64,000 nt of DNA from Paraspadella gotoi (taxonomy: Eukaryota; Animalia; Chaetognatha), in contig CM119265.1 in the NCBI GenBank assembly GCA_051294375.1, positions 22,902,099 through 22,966,098 of the forward strand, in the 5' to 3' direction. The notes beneath the pieces were generated by a model. It was given only the letters and a program-made list of their open reading frames with translations, was not told the origin of the DNA and ran no database searches. Shown piece after piece: positions 35,248 through 48,184 of the stretch. Numbering within the stretch: the first letter of the stretch is position 1; each line of letters begins with the position of its first letter. A program made the position numbers and the translations under genes.

Positions 35248-36157
35248 ATGAAGGGATTGGACTGGGCCTCGTTACGGCATCACTACTCTTTGATTCCGCT
35301 CTTTGGCGCCTTGGGATTCGGAATGACTCTCTCAGCCGCGTACACCGCCAGATTGGCCATCCAGTTAGTCCGGTTTTATATCTTTGTTCAACTTGTTTAA
35401 GAAAAATGGTCATTCAAATCAACTTCAAAATAGGCCAAAATGGAGTACAAATTTGTTAATTAAATTATTAATTTATTTGAATAATTTAACTAAATTGGTT
35501 TTTTAAATTCGTATTTTGTTGCAGATTTTTTATGTTCATAATTTACTTTGTTTTTTCCGATTAATACATTAATATATATACTCCAAATCCCTTTTTTTTT
35601 TCACCATCCTACAATCTCAAATTTCGTTTTTACTATCATCTCCATCACCCACTCCACTATCTTCTCCATCACCCACTCCACTATCTTCTCCATCACCCAC
35701 TCCACTATCTTCTCCATCACCCACTCCACTATCTTCTCCATCACCCACTCCACTATCTTCTCCATCACCCACTCCACTATCTTCTCCATCACCCACTCCA
35801 CTATCTTCTCCATCACCCACTCCACTATCTTCTCCCATCACCCACTCCACTATCTTCTCCATCAGGAGTCCCGACGTCATGTGGCGGCGTCGATCCAACC
35901 CTGAGCCGTGGCAAGGGAGAGTCGACGAGCAAGGCAACACCGTCCGCTACAAGTTCTATCAGGTAAGCGCGCTCAATTCTATTAGACTGACCGACCGTCC
36001 TAACATTTCCTACCACGACCTTTTCCAGGGCCCCAAGGACTGCCCCTACGGGTACACTGAATACGGAAAGCCCGCCTTTCCCCCCGAACGCCCCCCCATC
36101 GAGAAGTGGTGGAAGGAGCATCTGGCGCAGCAAAAGCCCCAGGAGCATCATCATTAA
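35248..36157 (+). CDS. NDUFA4: NDUFA4/COXFA4 (B12D family) cytochrome c oxidase subunit; exons 35248-35363, 35866-35962, 36029-36157
   Basis: [55 protein letters not shown]...YKFY matches the LIPLF...RLA..PDV.W....NPEPW signature. Confidence 0.9.
35631..35865 (+). repeat. 24-bp minisatellite (tctccatcacccactccactatct), ~10 copies, abutting a splice acceptor
   Basis: Near-perfect tandem units; the last partial unit ends in catcag. Confidence 0.95.
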
Positions 36158-37284
36158 AAACAGAAAAAACACAAACAAAAACAAAAGGGTTAATCGGTTT
36201 TGGGAGAGAGACAGCATTTGAAAAGACTGCGAAAAGACGAATGCCAATTAACTGTACTAAGTGTACCATGTTAAAACCAGATCTTAGCTTCCCTCTTCGT
36301 TGGTGCAATAAATACTGTAAGATTGTGATTGTAATAATATAAAAGAAGAAAATTGTGATTTTTAAAATTAATTTTTTTTTTTCATCGTGCTATTTCGATG
36401 GCATTTGAGATTTTTTTCTTCTCGTCAAAAGCATGAACTTTCCAAAATAGTAATTGAAAGAAAATTTTATCGGATCTCAGAAATGAACCACCCCGCTAAC
36501 CTAATTGCTAAATAATTATTTATATACGTACAATATACAAACAAGCATGTTAAACCTAAACAACTGAAAAAAAAGAATGTATTTTAAAAAAAAAATGCAC
36601 TATATTCATCTTGAGTAAAATAAAAGAGAAATTATTGTCCCAGTTTATTTAGATTTCATGATTTAGATTTCATTTTGATCTCACAATATAGACATCGGGA
36701 GAGTCTCATAGTCATGCAGATTTAGTTACTTTTAAAATGGCAGGTGGTATAGTTATTGCTAAGCATATTTTTAGTCAGTCTATTTTTTGTTTTCCAGCCA
36801 GGATAAGACACGGGTGAGATACGCGGGATCATTTCGTATTCTTTATCTTCTTCGTATTTGTCGTGGACGTTGCCAGTTCTTGTTCCTAAGCTAGCATTCC
36901 ACGCTCCCCGCTCCACCGGCACTCTGTTACAAGAATGCCCCATTTCAGTTCTCCACATGTAAACTTAATTTTTTTTTAATTTTTAACTATAATCTGTCAA
37001 CAAACCCAAACCCCCTTACTCAATATTAACCTATAACTAAACAACAGACAAATTCAGATATTTTTCTTTATCAATTCTTGATTCTCATAAAGTTTTTACT
37101 GCACAACAATTTATTTTCTCATGCCTGGAAAATACCATTGTTAAATAGCGCTGTTATTTTAAGCTTTTAATAATAATTAATACTTAATTTAATCCTAACC
37201 CAAACCTTAAATTTAACTTTTAACTAAATCTTTATCTAAAAACAAACTTCATTCCTAATTGAGGATGTAATGGAGCGTTTTGGA

Positions 37285-40216
37285 TTAATAAGATACCTTG
37301 TTCTTTGGACACACTGCGCAAGACTTGGCTCCTGAATATGCGTTCCAAGTGCCAGGCGAGCATAACTGACACTTGCTCATTCCCAGTCGTGGGGCAAAAC
37401 TGCCCGCCTTGCATAGCGTACACTTGCTTGCTCCCTTTTTCTCGGCAAAACTGCCCGCCGGACATGGCGAACACTCGGATGCTCCTATCTCCGCACGGAA
37501 AGTCCCGGATTGGCACGGCGAACACTTTGCTCCTCTCTTCGAGAAGAAACTCCCCAACGGACACCGAAAACACTCCTTAGCTCCTTTCATCGCGAAACTC
37601 CCCGGGCCACACTGGACGCATTTATGATCCTTCCCCCCTGGAACGCCGTCGGGTTGGCACGGGCGCGTCCGGAACGGCCCGCCCTCCTCTCCCGTTGCCG
37701 TCCGGCCCCAAATCGAACGAACGCCGATGCGAAAGAAGTAGACGGCATCGGGCTCGAGATTGACGATCGTGGCCGCGATGCGGGCGCCGTCTGACAGCGA
37801 CGCCGGCGCCGCCAAGAGCTTTTGGGCGACGACACAGAGTTCTCTGCCGCATTTGCCGGATCTCCTCGTCGAGTTGGAGACGTCGTCGAGGCGGCGGAGG
37901 ACGTCGATCTCCCACTCGACCGTTTTGTCGGCGCCTCTACGCGGGGGGGGGGGAACGCTTTTGATTAAATTATATATTATCATATTATCATTATCTTGTA
38001 AGAGTGATGGAGGCCTTAAACCACCAAAGCCTGTCCAAAGTCAGGGGCAAGATAGCTTATTTATTAAATGAATGGATAATTTTTATAATGGTTTCATATA
38101 TACGTAAATTTATACTAAATTTAGAAAAAAAGATTTTAACGAACGCGCAATGACCGATGTAGGTAAATAATCTTGGCACCTGTACGAGTTTTGCCAGGTG
38201 ATGGAGATGTTTTCTGTCGTCGCGTTTTGGAAAAATGGAATTTCTGGTTCGGATGGAATCGTCAGATCGGCGTCGACCAAAAGGCCTGAGAAGGTGGAGA
38301 GCGAGAAAAATTGCAAACAGAATAGTTTAACAATTAACGAGAAAAGAACAAAATGAAATTATAAGTTAATGATTATATTTATGAAATTGGTACAACCAAT
38401 ATAAAAATTATCAATTCATTTAATAAATAAGCTATCTTTCCCCTGACTTTGGACAGGCTTTGGTGGTTTAAGGCCTCCATCACTCTTACAAGATAATGAC
38501 ATATTATTAATTTAAATTTTTTTATAATTTTTTAAAAATATTTCAACACTTATAAATTGGCGCGTAGCTAAAAGTGCTTGCCATATCTGGCTGGCAATAC
38601 TGTTATGCAATTAGAGTACAGCTCCAAATTAGCTCCGCGATCTTCGTTAGAAAAAACATTTTGAAACTGTCGGGTTTTAGGATAGTATAAAAAGGGTTGA
38701 CCATCGCAAGTAAACTTACCGCCGGACCCAAAATTGCCGGGCAACTCACAAGCAAACTAAAGGGACTGAGCGGGCTCACGACTGGTCGGCTCCCTCCTCT
38801 CTATTTCCCCCAACTCGCGACCCTCCAACTTCAACATCGGACCTTCCCTGAAAAACTCCAACGTGGCCCTCGGCTCCTCGTCGATCTCCGCGTCCAAAAA
38901 CGTCTCCCTGACGACGAATTCGATCGTAGACGCCACGCCCACCGCCTTCGCCCGCTTCTCTTCCTCCTTCATCCAATTAAGAAGGTCTTTCCCTTTGGCC
39001 CCGATTTGCGAGTGGATCGGGTGGGTCGGGTTCCAGTACCGCTGGTGGCGAGGGGTTCCTGGGGTGAGTAGGTCGAGAAGGAAGGGTGTCTTTGGACGCC
39101 ATTTTGCGAAAGTGCCCGATTTCTCTTTTCTAATCCTTAAAATTTAATTTCTATCCTAGTATCTAATCGTAATGTTTTTATCAAAAAAGCAAGTAAAAAG
39201 AAAAAAAGCGGAAAAGGTTATAAAAAAGTAAGAAAATACATCCCTCGCCTTTATAAAGTTTTTTCGTGTGATTTTTCCCTTTCGAGTCGAGATATTCGCT
39301 CATGATTTGGACGAAGGGATCGAAGCGCCGCCCGAGTCGAATGTTGAGGGAAACGAAGTGACTGTAATCCAGAGCAAAATACCAATTTGTCAATGTTTTA
39401 ACAAATAAAGAATCAAGAAAGAAAATGCGAAATAATGTATAATTATAATGAGTAAAAATAGATTGCTAAGCAAGAGAAGCCAGCAAAGAAGTAACAAGTA
39501 ACAGAAGTAACAGAGTTAAATTGATTCAACTTCGCGATCTCACGCTTATTTATTTTTAAATTTTTTTTTCTTTAATTGTTGCTATCTCTTTTGTATTTTA
39601 TAGCCGCTGTGGTGCTGTGACTGAGCCAAAATATTGCCACAACTGACATTCAGCGTCCTCAATGCGACTGAAACCTGAATAAAACTATAGAATGGATCAT
39701 AATTGGTCCCCAAAAATTTCGCCGGCTCAGACCCCCAACTGCCCACCTCTTTCCTTTAGTCTGCAGCAACGCGCTAAAATCTCCTTCGTTCGACCGCAAG
39801 TTCGGCAGCGACATCAGCCGCGTCAGCAGCCGCGCCTCCTCCAACCGCTCGCCCATCCACGTGGACAGACTCGTCGTCGCGAACGGCGTCCGTTGGCGGC
39901 GCCGGAGCCAGCGTCGAAGGCGCCGCATGGGGGCGTTGCCATAGACGCGACGCTGACGATACATTTTGGGGAGGAGTTCGGATTGGAGTGCGTTGAAGTC
40001 GGAGACGAAGCGTTCCAGGTTGTTCTTGAAGAAAGAAACCTTTTTTGGAAGGGTGGGGGTGTGATTTGCGGAGGTGGGGTCAAGGGTCAAGGGACGTAAT
40101 TTGGAATTTTTCAAGGTAAGAATTACATTTTCTTTCATCCGGGGAAAGGACACCGCCATCTCGGATCCCAAGATGCTGTTGCAGGATCGCAAGAGACCCT
40201 GGATGAGGGAGTGAGG

Positions 40217-40288
<72 letters not shown>

Positions 40289-43200
40289 TAAAGAAACGTT
40301 TATCTCCCATTTCCCATTCGCCAGTCGCCACCTGTCTCACCTTCCCCTCCCAACTCCCCTTCACGTTACCTTGATCTCCTTCCCCACGTGAACGAGCCTC
40401 AGCAAGACGTCCTTCGTGACATCCTTCTCCGGGTCCGCTACTCTCACGGACAGGGCCTCTTCCAGCGAGTCCAACGGGTAGAGGTAGATCCGCTGCGGGA
40501 TGGCGTTCTCGTAATTCTCGCCGAGTAAAGAACGGAGGCTGGCGTAGAGTTTGCGCGCCTCTTGAAAGTTGGTCGGAGGATCGGAGAGAACGAAGTCGCC
40601 GTGGAAACTGTGTGGGTGTTGGTTAAGCATTATGCAATAATCGAATCTAGAAGATGGAGAAAGATTGATTGATTAATAGACGTATTTATTGATTTAGTTA
40701 CAAATTAATACATTGTCCATCCTCGTTCGGCCAATCCCATTGGCTCAGAGGGGGAACGCACCATCCCAGGTGTTGTGTTCCATCCACAGTCCTAAGGACT
40801 TCCCTCTGCGAGGTGAGCTCTCTACAATAAATACCGCTCATCACGTAGGCAAATGAGACCGTCCTAGGGTAACTGCACCAGTGACTGGAGGCTTCAGTGA
40901 GGGTCGGAATCCCCCAAAGCCAACAGTGAGATGCCCCATTCCAATGGGCGTCACAGGCAACCGGGATTATTGAATATTTGATCAATAGGCTATTTGATTG
41001 ACTGATTATTAATTTATCTACTGAAATATTGTTTAATTTATTCATTGATTATTTATTCGAATGATTGATTGATTGAATGATTGATTCCTCACGCCCACAA
41101 GTTTTACCTGCAGGAGAGATTGCTGTTGGTATCCGTATCGGACGAGTTGATCTGGAACTCTCCGCCTCCGGAGACGCTGAGGCCCGGGATGGCTTGAATG
41201 GTGATGTCCAACATCGCGCCGATGCTGGATCTGGTGGTTGAAGGTAATTTTTGAGACGGTAGGCGGGTGGTTGACAAACAAGTTTGAGCAAACAATGTCG
41301 GATCTACCTACGGAAATTAAGCGGTAATTAGCTAATGAGATGATAAATCACGATAATTCTTTCAATTTTTGATCCTAACTGATCATGTAACAGATCATAC
41401 CATACCAAACCAATGGCTGCGCCAATACATGTAAAAATCGCTTGCAAGGTATTAAACTGAACTGTTACTATGATACAAACAAATAATATTTTTAACTATT
41501 ATTATTTTTTAAACTTGCGTCATTTTTTTCACTTGCATCATTTTTTCAACTTGCATCATTTTTTCACTTCAGTTAATTAATTAATGAATAAATTAATTAA
41601 TGAAAATATTTATGAGTAAGCATAAATAATACGATTTCAATTCAATTCAATTCAATTCCACTCCTTGATTACATACTTTCCTACCTACACATAACATTTT
41701 ATCTCATTCTATCCTTCCAATTATGATTAATTCGAGTAATTAAGGGTTAAAATTCGTAAAAAGATTCATGTAAATGTGACTTATATTTTTTCCCTTTAAA
41801 CTCATTTCCACTTGCGCGATTCCATTGAAACTTTATACCCAGCTTCGTCACACACTTTTTTACCCACACACAAAATCTCATCTTAATCTATAAATCCAAT
41901 TTTAATTAATTAGAGAAATTGTGGGTTAAAACTGGTAAGAAGATTTTAGTAAAAGTGACATATTTTTTTCTATTTAAACCCATAGATAGACGGACGGACG
42001 TACATAATTTTTTTTGCACAATTTATCATAATTCGATATTCTCACCGTAGATGATAATAATGATTTACCGACAAGATTTTGAGGTAGGACCGACGGATCG
42101 ACAAAGTTAATTATAGAGTTGGAATCTCCTGATAAGCAGATCCGACCAAAAAAGAATAAAAAGAAGAAAGCACCAGGTTTGTCATTGATAATTATTGTTC
42201 TCGGGCAATGATCAACGTTATAAGATTGTTATAGTTATTATTTATTTGTTACGAGTTACTTTTTGGTCGGTCTGTCGATAGGGAAGGTTCTCTGGAAGTT
42301 AATAAACTCTCGATTGAAAGCTTTCAGTGTCTGGAGCCATTTTATGGAATTATCCTTTATTTGTAAGAAGGATTGAGGGCAATTAACCGTCCATAGCTTG
42401 TCCAAAGTCCACAGTCTTATTGAATAAATAATAATATAAACAATATAATGTATAATGATAATGATAATAATATAATAAAATGATATGAAATAATTTTCAC
42501 ATCCTACGTATCAATTTAATAAATACGTAATCACGAGATCGCACTGAAGATATGGACGTGCCAGCCAAGCAACTCCAACTCGCGCTTTCTCCCTGTCCTC
42601 ACTCTAATCCTAAGCCTTACTTTTTAACCCTTACCCCCGCTTCCCCTACCCGCCCAAAGATCTCTTACCTCTTGATGTCAGACTTGATCTGCCTTTCAAA
42701 AACGAAGACGGCCTTCGCGCCCTCTTCGATGCCCACGACGACGTGGCTCACGTCTTCGCGCGATTTCATCCGCTTCACGTTCTCCGGAAAGTCGAGTCCC
42801 TCGGGCTGCAGCGCCGACGGCGGCAGCGTGGAGAAGCGCGTCGTCGCCGAGTAAGTGAGACTCACCCGCTCCCAGTCGTCATTTTGCTTCGATGGCGACG
42901 AGAAGATTAGATTTTTAATGAACAAAAACAAAATCCGAGCCTTGGAATATTAGCAGCCGCTTTTTTTTTTAAGGTTGAAAGAGTTTCACTGCGGGACAAA
43001 AAATCAGGGATATCTTCACGTGGCCGACGCACACTCGTCTGTTTGGCGTTCGAGGTCGCGAACCTTCGTTTCTGTCTGCTTCATAATTTTCCTTCCCCTT
43101 CTTCCCTCTCTTCTCTCCTACATCCTACTCCTTTTTTTCCGCCTTACCTCTTCTTCTCTCCTCCCTTTCCTCCACCCCACTTCTCGGCACTAAGGAATAA

Positions 43201-45913
43201 GAGATCAAGTCTCATGCGGCTGAACATGACTGTAAAGAGCACATGGCGAGACAACGAGGAGAACCGACGTGGAAAGAAAGAAAGAAAGATTAAAAAAAAG
43301 ACAAGAAAGGTTAGGAAAACTAAAAAAAAGATCAAGGATAGGGAAAGAAAAAGAAAAGATTGAGAAAGAAAAGAAGAAAGAAAGAAAAACAAGAAAGAAA
43401 GAAAGAAAGCAAAGCAAAGAAAGAAAGACAAAGAAAGAAAGAAAGAAAGAGAAAGACAAGAAGAAAGAAAGCAAGAGAAAAGAAAGCAAAGCAAAAGAAA
43501 GCAAAAGAAAAAGAAACGAAAACAAAAAAAAACGGCGACACACGAGAGAAAAAACAAAAAAAAAAAAAAAAAAAACAAAAAAAAAAAAAAAAAAAAAAAC
43601 AATAAAAAAAAAAAAAAAGGAAAAAAAAAAAAAAAATAAAAAAAATAAAAAAAAAAGGAAAGAAAAGAAAAGAAACGAAAAGCAAAAAAAGTTGACTTAC
43701 ACATGTCCAAAAACAGCGAAGTTCACTCAAGTCTCGCAACATGAAATTGCGAGCCGACTGAGCGACTGAGCGAACTGAGCGTGTCTCGGGCCACAACTGA
43801 CGTCGGAGTCAAAGCTTTCTGGCCGCGTTGCGTCTGCGTGATCATCAACCATGGTCCGTGTTTGAATGGGATATAAAGCCGTAAAATCGTTTGCCCCTTT
43901 CTGCGTCGCGTTGACATCCAACCATTGGTCCGCTGGCAGAATGGATGAAAGCGCTTCAAATTGCGTATTATTTACATGTTCAGGCGGTCGATTTTTACCT
44001 CAGGTATTCGATTTACTTTTCCTAGAAAGTTAGAAGACTGTGTAACATTTTTGTTTATCGCGAGTCGCCATAGCGACCGTAGGTCTGCCTCACGTAAGAT
44101 CCCCTTCAATTATTCATTCGCGACTCAATCCCCGGAGATACTAACATCTCTTGTAAACTAAGCAGTTAAAACTAAACTTAAAATATAAAATGATATTACA
44201 TATTACATAATTATTACCATATAAAATAGTAATATACATATAAAATACATAAAATCTAGATACTAAAAATACCGGATAATGTATAGCGTCTTGGGTGAAT
44301 TATTCACGAAGGTAATCAGTATTCAGTTCTCGTCGGTTTAACGAATCACTCAATTAAAAAAGTAATGCATAAAATATTCGTATTAATAAATGAAGGACGA
44401 CCCTAATCTAATTTTATTGTCGCGTTACAAATATACGACGGCCGTAGAATAGCGCGATTTAAACTAAATGTTAGTTTAACTTTTTTTTTACCCAAAATGG
44501 ACGCCCCGTATCGGATCTTTTTTGTTTATTTTATCTGCCAAAATACGGGTAACGATGCATATTATCGCAACGGTTCGACATAGAAAGGGAAAAGGGGGGG
44601 GGGAAAAAGAAAAAGTGGAAAAGCGGGAAGAAGATTAACGGAAAAATATGGAAACAAAAAAAAGTAACCAATAATGAAAAAAAATTTAAAAAGGAAAAAG
44701 AAAACGTCTTACTAAACACGAAGACAGCTGAGCCAGAAAAAAAAAACGAATGACAACGGGGAAAAGATAAGAACAAAAAGGAAGGAAAAAGAGCAAAGAA
44801 AATTATAACGGCAAAGAAATGATTTTAAAAAAATAAGAAAAACATTTTCTCTTCTCCTTAGCTCCCGTTCTCTCGAGCGACCCGGCATGTTCATGGCCGA
44901 GAAGTGGAGTCTGTCGTATTGGCGTGTAGGACGCCGTATCTCCGCGACGTAATTACGAGCGCCGCCGGAAGAAAAGAATTATTCTGCGGAGCCGACTTTG
45001 GAACAAGAGACGTTGGACATCCCTCCATTGTCACCAATGCCTTTCAAGTCTTCTCACCTAGAGTAGGAGAAGACACAACAGATGAGAGAGAGATGAGAGA
45101 TGAGAAATAATATTATAGTATATATATATATATATATATATTGATATATATATCATATATATATACATTATATATAATATTATGCGCTTGAATTAACTTA
45201 CAATTTATTAATTCACTGATTTTCACAGAGTTGATGATTTATTTGTTCTGTATAGTTTAATTCGGTTGAATTTATTCAATTATCAATTGATATGACTGAT
45301 TGCATTGCTGGATTGATTATTGATTCCCTTCCTAATCTGCATTGATTGATTTATTAATTGATTGTTTGATTGTTTGATTGATTGATTTTTGATTGAATGA
45401 TTGATCTGATTGATCCTCTTTTTCTTGCCTGCGAGATACCTCGCGTTGGCGACGATATTGATGACAAAGAAATCTCTTCTCACTCGATGTCTACCTGAAA
45501 GATCATTCAGTCCGTTGCGGTCGCAGGTCAAGGGCCCGCCAACTACCTCGCCGATTTTCAGGTGGGTTTTTCCCCCCTCCCTCCCTTCTCCCCCCACGAG
45601 TGATTTTTCCTCATCTTGAGTTCCTTAAACTGGCTTTTTAGTCGTCCTCTCTAATATGTATTCTATATTCCTTTCTTTTACGACAAATCAATCGCGTAAT
45701 CATTCATCAAATGACCACTATTCGATTTAATCCAATTAAATAAAATCGATAATTTTTATTTATTCAATCAATCATCAATCAATAAAAAAAATGAATTTTA
45801 AAAAAAAACAACAATCCGTGGGAAAACACTTCGCCGATCTACAGGCCATCGTTTTGGCCGAAGATATTGATATGAAATCTCTCTCTCTCCTCTCTCTCTC
45901 CTCTCTCTTCTCT

Positions 45914-45981
<68 letters not shown>

Positions 45982-46627
45982 TAAACTTGTTAGTGTCTCG
46001 TCAANNNNNNNNNNNNNNNNNNNNNNNNNAATTCATTTTTTTATTGATTGATTGATTGATTGAATAAATAAAAATTATCGATTTTATTTATTGGATTATC
46101 GAATAGTGTCATTTGATTGATAGATTACGCGATTGATTTGTCGTAAAAGAAAGGAATATAGAATCCATAATTAGAGAGGACGAAGCGGTAAAAAGCCAGT
46201 TAAGGAACTCGAAGATGAGGAAAGAATCACTCGTGGGGGAGAAGGGAGGGAGGGGGGAAAAACCCACGCTGAAAATCGGCGAGGATATTGGCGGCGCCCT
46301 GTGACCTGCGACCAGCTAGGGACCGGACATGAATGATGCTTTCAGGTAGACATCGAGTGAGAAGAGATTTCCTTTGTCATCAATATCGTCGCCAACGAGG
46401 TATCTCGCAAGAAAAAAGGATCAATCAATCAATCAATCAATCAAAATCAATAAATCAATCAAACAATCAATCAATCAATCAATCAATCAGGAAGGAATCA
46501 ATAAATCAATCCAGCAATCAAGCAGTCATTCAATTGAAAATTGAATAAATCAACGAATTAAACTATCAAACAATAAATCAATCAACTCGTGTGAATCAGT
46601 GAATTAATCAATTTTAATTAATTTCAA

Positions 46628-46662
<35 letters not shown>

Positions 46663-46842
46663 CTCTTTTTTACTCTGTGGAAGACTTAAAAGCATTGGTG
46701 ACAATGGGGGAGTCCAACGTCTCTCTGTTCCAAAGTCCGGCTCCGAGAATAATTCTTTTTCCGGCGGCGTCGTAATAGTCGCCGAGACGATACGGCGTCC
46801 CTAACGCCGGGATGATCATCGGCTCCTCCGAGAAAACCGGTG
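37285..46842 (-). CDS. Stonustoxin/neoverrucotoxin-like MACPF/CDC pore-forming protein with C-terminal FN3 and GCC2/GCC3 (ephrin-receptor-like) Cys repeats; 5' end unresolved; in-frame TAG at 38757-38759
   Basis: Exons: 46674-46842 (IPALGTPYRLGDYYDA...GLWN); ~46269-46403 (DDIDDK...LKASFMSG..EVKGAANYL, consensus of two noisy copies); 42669-42886 (RVSLTYSATTRF...SHVVVGIEEGAKAVFVFE); 41108-41230; 40370-40607 (FHGDFVLSDPPTNFQEA...NAIPQRIYLYPL); 40127-40198; 39747-40039; ~39250-39361; ~38720-39060; ~38180-38285; ~37285-37935 (NLEPDAVYFFRIG, then ~6 CxxCxxGxF repeats). Confidence 0.85.
37988..38499. repeat. Pair of ~105-bp near-identical inverted repeats (37988-38095 and 38395-38499) flanking one exon
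   Basis: tcattatcttgtaagagtgatggaggccttaaaccaccaaagcctgtccaaagtcagggg... and its reverse complement. Diverged copies occur at ~6390-6480 and ~42350-42430. Confidence 0.9.
42925..46004. other. Noisy inverted copy of ~46030-48455; probable chimeric gap-fill
   Basis: Contains the toxin exons in + orientation (~44890-45060, ~45435-45560) with many indels, and ends at a 25-N gap. Confidence 0.85.
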
Positions 46843-48184
46843 CTGAAGCAGAAGAAGAAAAGTGTTTTTCTTATTTTTTTAAATCTTCTTTCTTTCTTTC
46901 TCTTTTTCTTCTTTTTGTTCTTTCTTTTTCCCCTTTCATTCTTTTTTTTCGCTTTCTCGCTTCTTCGTGTTTATAGACGTTTCTCTTTTTCCTTTTTAAA
47001 TTTTTTTCATTATTGGTTACTTTTTTTTGTTTCCATTTTTCCGTTATTCTCCTCACTTTCTTTCCCCCCCTTTCTTTCTATTTCGAACCTTGCGATAAAT
47101 GCATCTTACCTATTTTGCAGATAAATAGAACAAAAAGATCCGTACGGGCGTCATTTTGGGTAAAAAAAAAAGTTAAACTAACATCTTAGTTTAAATCCCT
47201 ATTCTACGGCCTCGTAATTTTTTTTGTAACGCGACAATAAAATTAATTGGGTCGTCCTTCCATTATTATACGACTATTTTATGTTACTTTTTAATTAGTT
47301 TCGTTAAACCGACGAGAACTGAATACTGATACTCGTGAATAATTCACCAAGCGCTATACATTATCGTATTTTTAGTATTAATTTTATGTATTTTATATGT
47401 ATATTATATTTTATATGTATAATTATGTAAATATGTAATATCATTTTATTATTTAGTTTATTTTACTGCTTAGTTACAAGAGATGTTAGTTCTTCGGGGA
47501 TTGAGTCGCGAATGAATAATTAAGGGATCTACGTGAGCCAGACCTACGGTCGCTATGGCGACCGCGATAACAAAAATGTTACACAGTCTTCTAACTTTCT
47601 AGGAAAAGTAAATCGAATCCTGAGGTATCGACCTAACTGTATATCGCAATTTGACGCTTTCATCCATTCTGCACGGACCATGGTTGATGTCACGCGACCA
47701 GAAGGGCAACGTTTTACGGCTTTCATCCATTCAACACGGACCATGGTTGATGTCACGCAACGCAACGCCGGCCAGAAGCTTTGACTCCGACGTCAGTTGT
47801 GGCCCGAGACACGCTCAGTCGCTCAGTCGCTCAGTCGCTCGCGAATTTCATGTTCGAGACTTGATGAACTTGCTTTTTGACATTAAGATTTCTTTCGCTT
47901 TTCTTTTCTTTCTTTTACTTATGTTTTTCTTTTCGCTTTTTTTTCTTTCTTTCTTTTGCTTTCTTTTGCTTTGCTTTCTTTTCTTTCTTTCTTTCTTCTT
48001 TCTTTCTCTTCTTTCTTTCTTTCTTTCTTTCTTCTTTCTTTCTTTCTTTCTTTCTTTCTTTTTTTCTTTCTTTCTTCTTTTCTTTTCTCTTTTCTTTTCT
48101 TTCCTATCCCTTATCTTTTTTTTAGTTTTCTACCTTTCTTTCTTTTTTTATCTTTCTTTCTTTCCTCCACTCGTTCTCCTCTTG

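Noticed and set aside
35548-35940. ORFs with ITHSTIFS / MEKIVEWV / GDGEDSGV repeats
   Set aside because: They are reading frames of an intronic 24-bp minisatellite.
44880-45565. A second, plus-strand toxin gene (alpha/beta pair)
   Set aside because: It differs from 46269-46842 mainly by random indels within an inverted copy that includes the introns, so it is not a diverged paralog.
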